From: an uncultured Candidatus Rokubacteria bacterium
Lineage (GTDB): Bacteria > Methylomirabilota > Methylomirabilia > Rokubacteriales > CSP1-6
Assembly: GCA_963762145.1 (NCBI GenBank)
Contig: CAVXJS010000019.1
Coordinates: forward strand, 128,001 to 192,000
Length of the DNA stretch: 64,000 nucleotides
Direction of reading: 5' to 3'
In this document: one piece after another, positions 8,339 through 19,900 of the stretch
Position numbering within the stretch: the first letter of the stretch is position 1
Layout: every line of letters begins with the position of its first letter
Position numbers and translations under genes: made by a program
Notes under the pieces: model-generated
The model's database searches: none
What the model was told of the DNA's origin: nothing
The model's input: only the letters and a program-made list of their open reading frames with translations

Positions 8339-9279
8339 ACCGGCCCGCGAGGTCGAGGTGGAGGTAGAGTCCCGGCGCGCTGTGTCTTGGGGCTGCCGTC
8401 GCTCGCGGTGCTGCCGATGGCCACGCCGCCCAGCACCAGCACGATCGCGATGATGAGCGAGAGCGTGAGTGGCTCGCCCAGCCAGAGCGTCGCGGTGATC
8501 ACGCTGACAACCGGAGTGGCGAGGAGTCCAAGCGACGTCGTGACGGCGGGGAGATGGCGGCTGGCGGTCGCGGTTGCCCAGTACGCAACCGCGGTGCCCA
8601 CGATGCCCAGGTAGAGGAGGAGTACGACGAAGCTGGGACTCCATTCCCCCGGGGCTGGCGGCGTGGTCGAGAGCGCGATCGGGACCAGGAGCAGGGTCGC
8701 GAGCAGCGTCTCCCACGGGATGAGGGCGAAGGGTGTCGAGACCCAGCGATGAGCCCGGATGTGGAGGATGCTGATGGCCCAGAGCAGCGCGCCGGCCAGG
8801 ATGGCCAGATTGCCCAGGACCACCGCGCGGTCGGTCCAGTCGAGGGCGAGCGGATTGAAGAGCGTGACGAGCCCGGCCAGGCCGACGAGCACCCCGATCA
8901 GGCGCCTGGTCGTGAGCGGCTCGCGCAGGAGGAGCGCCGCGCCCGGCGTGACCCAGAGCGGCGTGGTGTAGGCGAGCACCACGGTGCGGCCGGTCGGCAC
9001 CAGGCCCAGCCCCCAGCTCGCGAGGAGGTTGAAGCCGACCATGTGCAGGAGCGTGATGCTCAGCAGCACCGGGAGATCTTGACGCGGGGGTAACGTCACC
9101 CGGCCACGCCACGCGGCGATCGCGAAGAGCGCGAGGGTGGCGATGGCCGAGCGCAGCGTCACCGCCCAGAGCGGCGAGAGCGTGGTGAGCACCACCTTGT
9201 TGACGGGCCACGTGAGGCCCCAGGCCGCGATCACGATGACCAGCGCCAGGAGGCCCTGGCGCCGCGGGGTCGAAGGCAC
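8335..9279 (-). CDS. DMT/EamA-family transporter
   Basis: About 10 TM helices in two EamA repeats (AWGLTWP...YTTPLW...REPL, LWLGEPL). Confidence 0.9.
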   Translation of the reverse strand: MPSTPRRQGLLALVIVIAAWGLTWPVNKVVLTTLSPLWAVTLRSAIATLALFAIAAWRGRVTLPPRQDLPVLLSITLLHMVGFNLLASWGLGLVPTGRTVVLAYTTPLWVTPGAALLLREPLTTRRLIGVLVGLAGLVTLFNPLALDWTDRAVVLGNLAILAGALLWAISILHIRAHRWVSTPFALIPWETLLATLLLVPIALSTTPPAPGEWSPSFVVLLLYLGIVGTAVAYWATATASRHLPAVTTSLGLLATPVVSVITATLWLGEPLTLSLIIAIVLVLGGVAIGSTASDGSPKTQRAGTLPPPRPRGPV

Positions 9280-9395
9280 GGCGGATCAGCCGCGACGCTG
9301 GCGATGAGCGAGGGCGCGAGGCATCGAGCGCGATACTGCCGCGAGCGGCGGCGCGACGTCAAGGCGGGCCCCGGCCCGAGCGTTCAGCGGATCGC

Positions 9396-10509
9396 TTACC
9401 CCTCGGTCGCGCTCACCCTCACGGACCGGCCCGTGGCGGAGGACCGCTCGATCGCGTCGATCAGCTTGTGGCGCTGGACGGCGAGGTCGAAGTCGACGTC
9501 GAAGGATCGACCGGCGCGCCAGGGCGTCGGCCATGCGCGCGTAGGCCTGGGCGACGTTGTAGGGCTGGCCGCCCGGCGTGCCCTCCGGAGCGAGCCGGTA
9601 CTTGGCCGGCACCGGCATCGGAGCCATGGGCTCCTTGCCCTTGCCCGCGTGCACCTGGTTCGGTCCGATGCTGAGCGAGCCATCGGCCCGGATGACCAGG
9701 GCGCCCTCGCGCCCGTAGATCTCCATCCGGTTGCCGCTGGGATTCGAGGGAACGGCGGCCACGTTGACCGTGACCTCGGCGCCGCTCACCATGCGGCCGA
9801 CCACGTTGATGCTGTCCGGCGCGTCGACCGGGACCGGCTTGCCCTCCAGCGTGTGCCACTCCGGGATCCGGGTCGACACGCGGGCCGAGACCTCGGCAAA
9901 CTCGCCGAGCACGGCGCACAGGGCGTCGATGGCGTGGCCGCCCGCGATGGTCAGCGTGTTGGCGCCGTTGGCGCGTGCGCCCTGCCAGATACGGCCGGGG
10001 CCGCGCTGGAGCTGGGCCTGGGCAGCGGTGGTCAGGCTCGCGGTGAGCACCTCGCCGATGGTGCCTGCCTTGACGAGGTCGGCCGCGTACAGGATCGTCG
10101 GGTCGCTGCGCGCCTGCAGACCAACGACGGTCCTCACGGCGCGCTGGCGGGCGAGCCCGGCCATTTCTTCGGCCTCGGCCAGATTCGCGCCGAGCGGCCA
10201 CTCGCAGAACACGGCCTTGCCGGCCTGCAGGCCGGCCATGACGAGGTCCCGGTGCCCGGGCACCCGGACGCAGACGACGAGGAGGTCGACGTCCGGGGCC
10301 GTCGCCATGTCGCCGAACCGGTGGAACGCCCGCTCGGCGCCGAACGCCGCGGCCGAGGCCTTGGCCGTGTCCTCGTGCGAGGTGCAGACCGCCTTCAGCT
10401 CGTAGCGAGGCAGAGCCTTCAGCGCGGGGACGTGGGCGTTGGCTCCCCAGCCGCTGCCCCCCTGCGTCACGGTCGCTCCCACGATTCCCACGCGTATCTG
10501 GTCCGTCAT
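9396..10509 (-). CDS. Gfo/Idh/MocA-family oxidoreductase (frameshift near 9520)
   Basis: VGIVGA Rossmann start, AGKAVFCEWP, GGHAID; the C-terminus DFDLAVQRHKLIDAIERSSATG is in a second frame. Confidence 0.85.
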
Positions 10510-10525
10510 CGGAACCTCCAAGGTG

Positions 10526-11135
10526 TCATGTCTCGGCGGGAGCTGCCGGCTCGCCGAGCGACAGCATCAGCCGATTGGCCCAGTTGAAGAACGCCGCGGC
10601 ATGGATCACGTCGGCGATCGCCAGATCGTCGAGCCCCGACGCGGCGCAGGCGCTCCACATGCTCCGGCCCGAACGTGATCGGCGTCGCGGTCAGCGCCAC
10701 CGAGGCCGCGACGATGGCGTTCCAGCGCTCGCCGAGATCGGCGGTCACGCCGTCGTCGAGCAGGCGCTGCACGTCCGCCTCGCGCTTCGAATAGGTCGCG
10801 GCGTGCCGCGCATGCACCGAGGCGCAGTAGATGCAGCCGTTGAAGCGCGAGGTCGCGGCGGCGGCGAGCTCGCGCTCCGCCCGCGGCAGGCCGGCATCGG
10901 GGTTGTAGAAGATGTCCTTGTCGGTCCGCGTCCGGGCCTCGAGCGCGTCCGGATCGCGCGCGAGCAGGCGGAAATACGGCGACTTCACGCGCGCGGCGTC
11001 CACGAGGCTCGCCATGTGGCGCTCGGTCAGCGCCTCGACCATCAGCGGCTCGAGCCAGGGCAGCCAATCGAGCTGCGCCCGGGTGAAGGCAACGGGAACC
11101 GTGTGGTCGGGCGGAACCAGGACCGTATCGGGCAT
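10526..11135 (-). CDS. Alkylhydroperoxidase AhpD-family protein (Avi_7169-like; frameshift near 10640)
   Basis: RELAAAATSRFNGCIYCASVH (CxxC-H); AFFNWANRLMLSLGEP continues in an alternative frame. Confidence 0.85.
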
Positions 11136-11151
11136 GTCGGGACCTCGCGTG

Positions 11152-11762
11152 TCAGGAGCGGCCGGCCAGGATGCGCAATCCGGCGACGACCCGAATCTGG
11201 AAGGACAGGAAGGCGGCGATCTGGGACAGCGTCACGATATCGGTCGTGGACCAGCCGGCGTCCAGCAGCGCCTGCAGCGCCGCCGGCGCGGCGTCGCGCG
11301 GGTGGAAGACGAGCAGGTGCATGTGCTCGAAGGCCGCGGCGAGGCGCGGGCCCAGCACGCGGCGGGTCTGCCGCGCTCACGCGATAGACGGCCCGGCCGT
11401 ATCCTCGCGGCTCAGCGGACCCGGCGGGGTAGCTGCCATAGGGGCCTTGCGCCCTGGCCTCCGCGATGGCGGCGTCAACCGCTTCGCGCAGCGCCGCCGA
11501 GGCGCCGCTGGCGGCGAGGCCCGCGGCGTAGAACGCCGCGATCGCCGCCTCGCCATGCAGGCCGGTGACGAAGGCTGCCCACCGCGAAGCGCTCCTGCGC
11601 GGTGACGTCGCCGGGGATCTCCGGCGCGAACAGCGCGCGGTAGCTCGCCTGCGCGTGGGTGCGCGCCTCCGGCCGACGGGCGCGGATCGCGTCCAGGGCC
11701 GATCCCGGCGCGATCCCGACCAGCGTGTCGATCACGTCAGCGTCCGTGCCCGGCATGGTCAT
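11152..11762 (-). CDS. CMD (carboxymuconolactone decarboxylase-like) domain protein, Avi_7170-like; frameshifted
   Basis: N-terminal DVIDTLVGI...RPEARTHAQASYRALF and C-terminal HMHLLVFHPRDA...IVTLSQIAAFLSFQIRVVAGL lie in different frames. Confidence 0.75.
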
Positions 11763-11775
11763 CGTCTCCTTGTGG

Positions 11776-12803
11776 TCACGCGACGCGCCGGATCCCCGCC
11801 GCGTCATCGCGCTCCCAGCCGAGCGCGGGCGCCACCACCTCGGCGACCAGCTCGATCGACCGCAGGATGAAGGGATGCGGCGGATCGATCGAATGCACCT
11901 GCACCGTGAAGTCGGTCGAGCGGGCGAGCGCGCTATCCGCCTGGAGCGAGGCGATCACATCGTCCGGTGTGCCGAGATGGACATTGAAGGCGCCGATCAG
12001 GTCGCCGCACCGATCGCACTCGCCGGTCGCGCGGCCCGATCTGGCCAGGCGCGCGCGCTGACGCTCGAGCCCGGCTTCGGCGAAGCGCAGGGCCTCCGTC
12101 GCGGTCGTCGGCGACGAACACGGTGCGCGAGGCGAGGATGCGCGGCTCGCGGCCCTCGGGCAGCGCCGCCAGATAGGCGTCGATCATCGGGTTCTGGATC
12201 TCGGCCAGCGACAGGTCGGGCGCGTCGGCCGGCCGCGGCTGCGTGCGCGACAGCATCAGACCGTCGCCCGCCGCGCCGGCCCGCCTGGCCCCGTCCACCG
12301 TGAACGTCGCCTGCCAGATGCGCTCGACCAGGTGCGGAGTCGACGGATACAGCCGGTCGCCGCCGGGCAGCGGCCGCCCCGCCCAGGCGTCGCGCAGCAC
12401 CTGGAGGTGCCCGGCGAGCAGCGTCCCGCGCTCGGCGCTGTCCAGGCCGAACGCCTCGAACGCCGAGAGGTTGCCGCCCGGCCCGACGCCCACCTCCAGG
12501 CGGCCGCCGGACATCAGGTCGAGCACCGCGGCGTCCTCGGCCACCCGGATCGGCAGCTCCAGCGGCAGGGTCACGATCGCCGTTCCGAGGCGGATGCGCG
12601 AGGTCTGCGCGGCGACCTGCGCCAGGAAGACGAACGGCCCGGGCAGGCCGCCTTCGTCCTCGTGGAAATGGTGCTGGGCGACCCAGGCCGAGTCGAAGCC
12701 GCAGCGCTCGGCATGGACGATCTGCGCGGTCGCCAGCCGGTAGCGCTCGGCCGGCGTCCGCCTGATCGAGCAGGCGGGTGAAGAAGCCCAGGCGCTTCGG
12801 CAT
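11776..12803 (-). CDS. FMN-dependent luciferase-like monooxygenase (KPN_01858-like); frameshifted
   Basis: MPKRLGFFTRLLD, AWVAQHHFHEDEGGLP, PIRVAEDAAVLD, QVHSIDPPH...LRSIELVA spread over three frames. Confidence 0.85.
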
Positions 12804-12880
12804 CGAGGAGACAGTGTCCGAGATCCGCCGGACTACCGCAAGGGTCGCGGTGATAAGATCCCGCCCAGGGAGGCTGTCCA

Positions 12881-13982
12881 ATGGTGACGCTGCTGACGGA
12901 GACGGGTGAGCACGGGGTGACGGGAACGGAGCCCTCGACCGGGGCGCTCTGGGTGTCGGCCAACGACGCGCTCCGGGCGACCGGCTGGGAGGTGAAGCCC
13001 GAGGGGCTCTGCAAGGGCCAGGTCTGCGTGCCGTTGCCCGCGGGGCGGGAACGCGAGCTCGTGGACGGCGGCCGGATCAACCTGGCCGCCCTCTGGCGTC
13101 ATCTCGGCCAGCCCGCGGTGCGGAGCGAGCGCGGCCACGCCTGGGTGCTCGGCGAGAGCGCGAAGGAGCGGAAGGCCGCGCTGCCCTCGCTCGAGGCGCC
13201 CGACTTCGCGCTGCCCGACCCATCCGGCCGCATGCACCGGCTGTCCGACTACCGCGGCAAGAAGGTCTTCCTCGTCACCTGGGCCTCCTGGTGAGGGTGC
13301 CGTCGCGACCTGCCCGGGTGGCAGGCGCTCCAGGAGGAGCTCGCGGGGCATGACTTCGTGGTGATCGCGGTGGCGATGGATAGCCGCGAGGGCGATCCGC
13401 TGCCGTGGATCGACGCGGCGAAGCCGACCTATCCCACGCTGATCGATCGCGAGCATCGGCTGGCCGAGCTCTACGGCATCGTGAACGTGCCGCAGGCGGT
13501 GTGGATCGACGAGGCCGGGCAGCATCGTGCGGCCCGCCGAGTCGGCCGGAGCCTACGAGGGCTTCCGTCAGATGAATCGCGCCACCCGCGAGTTGCCGGA
13601 GGAGGTGGCCCAGCGCACCGCGCGGGCGAAGGCGCTGTACCTGGACGCGATCCGCGACTGGGCGCGCAACGGCGGGCGGAGCGCGTACGCGTTCACCCCC
13701 GAGCAGGCGCGCGCGCACCTGCCCGCGGTCACCGAGGACGCGGCGACCGCGCAGGCCCTGTTCCGGCTCGCCCAGTTCCTGATCCGGCACGGGGAGCAGG
13801 CGGAGGCGGAGCGCTGGATCCGCGAGGCCAGCCGCCTCCACCCGGACTCCTGGTGCATCTGGCGGCAGGGCGCCGGCGTGACCGAGCTGGGCCTCGCCGC
13901 CCAGCCGGACTTCTGGGCCCGGGTGGACGGGCTCGGCGCGAAGCGCTACTACGCGCCGGTGGACATGCCGGGCATGCCCTAG
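12881..13982 (+). CDS. Selenocysteine-containing TlpA/ResA-like redoxin (WASW-U-GC) with N-terminal extension and helical C-terminal domain; separate frameshift near 13520
   Basis: APDFALPD...LSDYRGKKVFLVTWASW-TGA-GCRRDLPGWQAL...VVIAVAMD...LYGIVNVPQAVWIDEAG runs in frame across TGA 13292-13294; SECIS-like hairpin directly downstream. Confidence 0.85.
13305..13328 (+). promoter_or_regulatory. Bacterial SECIS-like stem-loop
   Basis: GCG-(A bulge)-CCTGCC-[CGGGT loop]-GGCAGG-CGC; the G-containing loop starts 20 nt after the UGA. Confidence 0.7.
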
Positions 13983-13994
13983 CCGGCCGTCTCC

Positions 13995-15050
13995 GTGGAG
14001 AGCCCCCGCTTCGGCCTCAACCGCTTCGACTCGCGCTCGGTGGACGCATTTGCGGCCGACGTGTGCCGCGCCGAGCAGCTCGGCTGGGACGCGGCGCTCC
14101 AGCCCGACTCCCAGCTCCGGCGCCGCGACACGTACGTGCTCCTGGCCGCGGCGGCCCGCGCGACCGAGCGCATCACGCTGGGTCCGCTCCTGGCCAATCC
14201 GGTGAACCGGCATCCCACCGTGACCGCGTCCTCCATCGCGACGGTCGACGAGCTGGCGCCCGGCCGCGTGCTCCTGGGCTGGGGGGTGGGGGACACCGCG
14301 GTGCGCCTGGCCGGACTCAGGCCGGCGCGGGTGGCCGAGCTCGAGGCGGGCACGCGGCTCATGCGCGCGCTGCTCGCGGGCGAGGCGGTGGAGGTCGGCG
14401 CGGCGCGGCCGGCGTGCTTGCCGCATCACCGGCCGGTGCCGGTGTGGATCGCGGCGGGCGGGCCGAAGACCCTGCGGATGGCGGGCGGGGTGGCCGACGG
14501 CGTGTTCATCCGGGTCGGGACCCATCCGGCCAACATCGCGACCGCGGTGAGCGCGATCCGCGCCGGCGCCGCGGCGGCGGGCCGCGACCCGGCGTCGGTG
14601 AAGCTCGGCGCGATCTTCCACACCGTCCTGGTCGACGAGCCGGCCCGCGCCCTGACCATGGCCCGCTCGATGGCGGCAGGGTACTACGAGTACTCGCCCG
14701 CGCTCTTCGACCCGCCCGCGCTCCGGTGGACCGGGCCCGATCCGGAGCGGCTCAAGCACGACCGCGGCGTATGGCCCGACTTCCACCACGCGACTGATCT
14801 CGAGGCCAGCGGCAAGGTCGTGGACTTTCTCCCGACCGAGGCCGCCGACGCCTTCAGCCTCCGCGGGGGAACCGGGGAAGTGGCCGAGCGTCTGCTGGCC
14901 GCCCTGCGCGCCGCGCCCGCCACGTTCGAGCACGTCGTGCTGCACCCGATCCCGGACCCGAAGTGGCCCGCGGATCCGGAGCGGGACTACACGGCCCGCA
15001 TCGCCCGCGAGGTCCTGCCCCGCGTCCGCAAGGAGCTCGAGAAGACCTAG
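13995..15050 (+). CDS. LLM-class flavin/F420-dependent oxidoreductase (Mer-like)
   Basis: AEQLGWD...PDSQL...TERITLG...NPVNRHP...VWIAAGGPKTLRMAGGVADG. Confidence 0.85.
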   Translation: MESPRFGLNRFDSRSVDAFAADVCRAEQLGWDAALQPDSQLRRRDTYVLLAAAARATERITLGPLLANPVNRHPTVTASSIATVDELAPGRVLLGWGVGDTAVRLAGLRPARVAELEAGTRLMRALLAGEAVEVGAARPACLPHHRPVPVWIAAGGPKTLRMAGGVADGVFIRVGTHPANIATAVSAIRAGAAAAGRDPASVKLGAIFHTVLVDEPARALTMARSMAAGYYEYSPALFDPPALRWTGPDPERLKHDRGVWPDFHHATDLEASGKVVDFLPTEAADAFSLRGGTGEVAERLLAALRAAPATFEHVVLHPIPDPKWPADPERDYTARIAREVLPRVRKELEKT

Positions 15051-15907
15051 CCGAGCTGCTTGTGGACGAACTCGATGATGCGCGAGATCGTCCGCTCCGC
15101 CGCCGCGGGCTTCTTGCCGATGTAGCCCTCGGCCTCGCCTTCGATCAGCTCGAGATCCACCTGGCCGCCGATCTTCCGGTACCCGGCCACGAAGCGGTCC
15201 AGGTCGGGACGCGGGTGCGCCATGTCGCGCGAGCCCTGGATGTAGACCACCGGGGGCGTCTCGACGGCCTCGCCGCGCTCCAGCGCGAGCGTGGGGTTGC
15301 CCTCGGCCATGGCCTCCTCCGTGCGCCAGTACGCGTCGTGGCCCGGGAGCACCCGATCCACCACGTCCGGATACGGAGCGCCCCCCGCCTTCAGCGCCTT
15401 GGCGTAGCGGTAGCGCGCGAGCGGATCGATGACCGGCCAGCAGAGCACCGCGCACTTGACGCTGCCGTCCACGGGCGGGGAGCCGGCGGGCAGGGGCAGG
15501 GCGGCGTACTTCGGATCGCGCGGCTTCATGGCCAGCAGCATCGCCTGGTGCGAGCCGCTCGAGGCCCCCATGAGCCCGACCTGGTCCGCGCGCCCACGGA
15601 ACTCCGCCGCGTGGCTCTTGAGCCAGCGGACGCCGTAGCTGATGTCCTGCAGCGACCCCGGATACGAGGCCTCGGGGGGCTGGCGGAAGTCGAGCGCGGC
15701 CACGACCACGCCACTCCGGGCCAGCGGCTCGTTCATGATGGTGTCGTTCGTCCGGTCGCCGCGGCTCCAGGCCCCGCCGTGCAGCTCGACGATCATCGGG
15801 AAGGGGCCGTCGCCCCGGGGCACGAACATCCGGGCCAGGAGGGGGTGGTCTCCGTGACGGAGGTACTCCACGTCTCGGACGTCGATCTCGTGGCCCATGG
15901 TCGCCAT
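15047..15907 (-). CDS. Alpha/beta hydrolase (HSL-like esterase fold)
   Basis: HGGAW oxyanion motif and GASSG nucleophile elbow; AAGGAG RBS. Confidence 0.85.
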   Translation of the reverse strand: MATMGHEIDVRDVEYLRHGDHPLLARMFVPRGDGPFPMIVELHGGAWSRGDRTNDTIMNEPLARSGVVVAALDFRQPPEASYPGSLQDISYGVRWLKSHAAEFRGRADQVGLMGASSGSHQAMLLAMKPRDPKYAALPLPAGSPPVDGSVKCAVLCWPVIDPLARYRYAKALKAGGAPYPDVVDRVLPGHDAYWRTEEAMAEGNPTLALERGEAVETPPVVYIQGSRDMAHPRPDLDRFVAGYRKIGGQVDLELIEGEAEGYIGKKPAAAERTISRIIEFVHKQLG

Positions 15908-16022
15908 GGCGGCACTCCTTTGTGAGAGAGGGTCGGGGGTCGGTGTCGGCGCGTATGATACACCCGGCCGAGGCGGTGTGCGGGGTTGCCAGCCGGGCCC
16001 GCTTCGCTCCATACTTTTCGCG

Positions 16023-17885
<1,863 letters not shown>

Positions 17886-17893
17886 TCCCGCGG

Positions 17894-19756
17894 CTACGTC
17901 GAGGCGGCGCGGCGCTCTCCGATCGGGGTGTCCGCGCTCGGCGCCATCGTGATCTGCGCGGGGTGCTGATCCGGTGAGGGCATCGCGAGCCCCAGGACCG
18001 TCTGCAGGTGCTGGAGCGTCTCGACCAGCGTGACCCCCAGCTGGTTCGCGCCAGCCGCCTCGAGCTGGCGGCGGGCAGGTCCCGCGGGCTCGCGCAGTCC
18101 CCAGCGCCCCACCACGATGCGGAGCTCGGGGCAGCACGCGCGAAGCCGCTTGCAGAGGTAACGCGTGTGCGTGGCGAGGCCGCTCGCGGGTAGCGCACCG
18201 AGGCACACGACCGCGGGCTGGGCCTTCTGGACCAGGGCCACGACCTCCGAGGCCAGGAGGTGGGGCGAGGTGACCTCGAAGGTCCCGCGCGTGGGATCCA
18301 CGAGGTGACCCAGCATCACCAGGCCCAGCTCGTCCGCCTCGTCGAGCACCGGGATGGCGAGGACGTGGGGTTTCCGGGAGTGCTCCTCCGGCGGCCGCTC
18401 GGCCGCGTCCGGGCCCTTGGCGGCGCGGGCCGCTTCACGCGTGGCGTGGAGCTCCTCGACGATCCGGCGCGTCGCCCGCCAGATGGAGCGCTGGGTCGAC
18501 TCGGGCAGGAGGCTCCGTCGGCAGTCGCGCCGGGCGTGCATGAGGGCGGGCAGGATCACGGTGTCGTAGACCGCCTCGATCGGGTGATCCTTCGCGTACT
18601 CGGCGACGATGCGCGCCGCCTCCACCTCGTCCTCCGCGAGCAAGCGCTGGTAGTAGGCGGCGGCCGGAGCGATGGGCGAGACGTCGGCCATCAGGATCCC
18701 GATGAACTCCATGCCGGGGACGTGCTTGGCGAGGACGACCAGGCACACCGTGAGGGGCGTGGCCAGCAGCAGCCCGATCGGCCCCCAGAGCCAGGCCCAG
18801 AACGCGACGGAGCAGATGAGCGCCACCTGGGAGACGCCCGCGCTCTGCCCGTACAGCAGCGGCTCCAGCGCGAAGCTGCACAGGGCTTCCAGAAAGACGA
18901 AGAGCCCGGCCACCAGCAGCGGCTGCTGCCAGGTCGGGAACTCGGCGAGGGCGAAGACGATCGGGATCAGCGCGCCGATCCAGACCCCGACATAGGGGAT
19001 GAAGCGGAGCACCGCGGCGAGGAAGCCCCAGAGCGGCGCATAGGACACGCCGAGCACGAGGAGGCCCAGCGTGACCCCGAGACCGAAGCTGGCATTGATG
19101 AGGGTCTGCATCACGAGGTAACGGCTGATTCGCTGCGAGGCCTCGTCGATGGCCCGGGTCGTGGTGATGAGGCGCCCGTAGCCGCCGAGCCGGATGAGCC
19201 GGTTGCGCAGGTCCTCCCGCTCGATGAGCATGAAGATGACGAGCACGATCACCGTCGCGGCGCCGCCCAGGCCTTCGATCAGGGTGGGCAGCTGCCAGAG
19301 ACCGGTCGGCCGGGACTGCACGACGACCGGAGCGGCCGGCGCGCGCGATCCGGCCGGGGTCGTCTCCTTCTGCAGCTCCTTGGCGACCTGGCTCGCCGCG
19401 GTCTGGGCCTTCTCGATCGCGCCGCCGCGCCCCAGCTTGCGGACGTGCGCGATCTTGGCGATGAGGTTGTCGCGGTACGCCGGGATGTGGACGGAGAGCA
19501 CTGCGATCTCCCGGGTGAGCATCCACGCGACCCCGCCGAGCGTCGCGAAGAGCATGGTCACGACCACCCCGACCGAGAGGGCGCGGCCGAGACCCAGCCG
19601 CGTGAGCCAGCCCACCATCGGGTGCACCATGAACGTGAGCAGCATCGCGAGCGCGATCGGGATCAGGAGGCCGCGGGCAAGGTAGAGCGCGGCGACGATC
19701 GCGATCACCCCAACGACGACCAAGAACGGCTTCACCGAGTCGGAGACGTTGGGCAC
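17894..19756 (-). CDS. AI-2E (PerM) family transporter with a C-terminal cytoplasmic Rossmann-like extension
   Basis: LIPIALAMLL, RISRYL, LRFIPYVG, FWAWLWGPIGLLLATPLT; start uncertain (GTG 19756 or 19735). Confidence 0.88.
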   Translation of the reverse strand: MPNVSDSVKPFLVVVGVIAIVAALYLARGLLIPIALAMLLTFMVHPMVGWLTRLGLGRALSVGVVVTMLFATLGGVAWMLTREIAVLSVHIPAYRDNLIAKIAHVRKLGRGGAIEKAQTAASQVAKELQKETTPAGSRAPAAPVVVQSRPTGLWQLPTLIEGLGGAATVIVLVIFMLIEREDLRNRLIRLGGYGRLITTTRAIDEASQRISRYLVMQTLINASFGLGVTLGLLVLGVSYAPLWGFLAAVLRFIPYVGVWIGALIPIVFALAEFPTWQQPLLVAGLFVFLEALCSFALEPLLYGQSAGVSQVALICSVAFWAWLWGPIGLLLATPLTVCLVVLAKHVPGMEFIGILMADVSPIAPAAAYYQRLLAEDEVEAARIVAEYAKDHPIEAVYDTVILPALMHARRDCRRSLLPESTQRSIWRATRRIVEELHATREAARAAKGPDAAERPPEEHSRKPHVLAIPVLDEADELGLVMLGHLVDPTRGTFEVTSPHLLASEVVALVQKAQPAVVCLGALPASGLATHTRYLCKRLRACCPELRIVVGRWGLREPAGPARRQLEAAGANQLGVTLVETLQHLQTVLGLAMPSPDQHPAQITMAPSADTPIGERRAAST

Positions 19757-19768
19757 AACGGAAGGAAC

Positions 19769-19784
19769 AGCAAGCGATGTGCCA
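19769..19784 (-). promoter_or_regulatory. sigma54 (-24/-12) promoter
   Basis: TGGCAC-ATCGC-TTGCT, a consensus match upstream of the AI-2E gene. Confidence 0.75.
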
Positions 19785-19900
19785 CGCCTCGCCGTAGCAA
19801 AACAAGCGGAATGGCGACGGTCGCCAGTGCGGCCGGTAGTTTCTTCGCGGTAACTCCGACGCGGGCACAGGGCAGTGACCGCGCCCGCCGCCACGGCTAC

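Noticed and set aside
12881-13294. 137-aa ORF treated as a complete protein or a pseudogene fragment
   Set aside because: The stop falls at the catalytic position, the frame continues and a SECIS-like hairpin follows; better explained as Sec recoding
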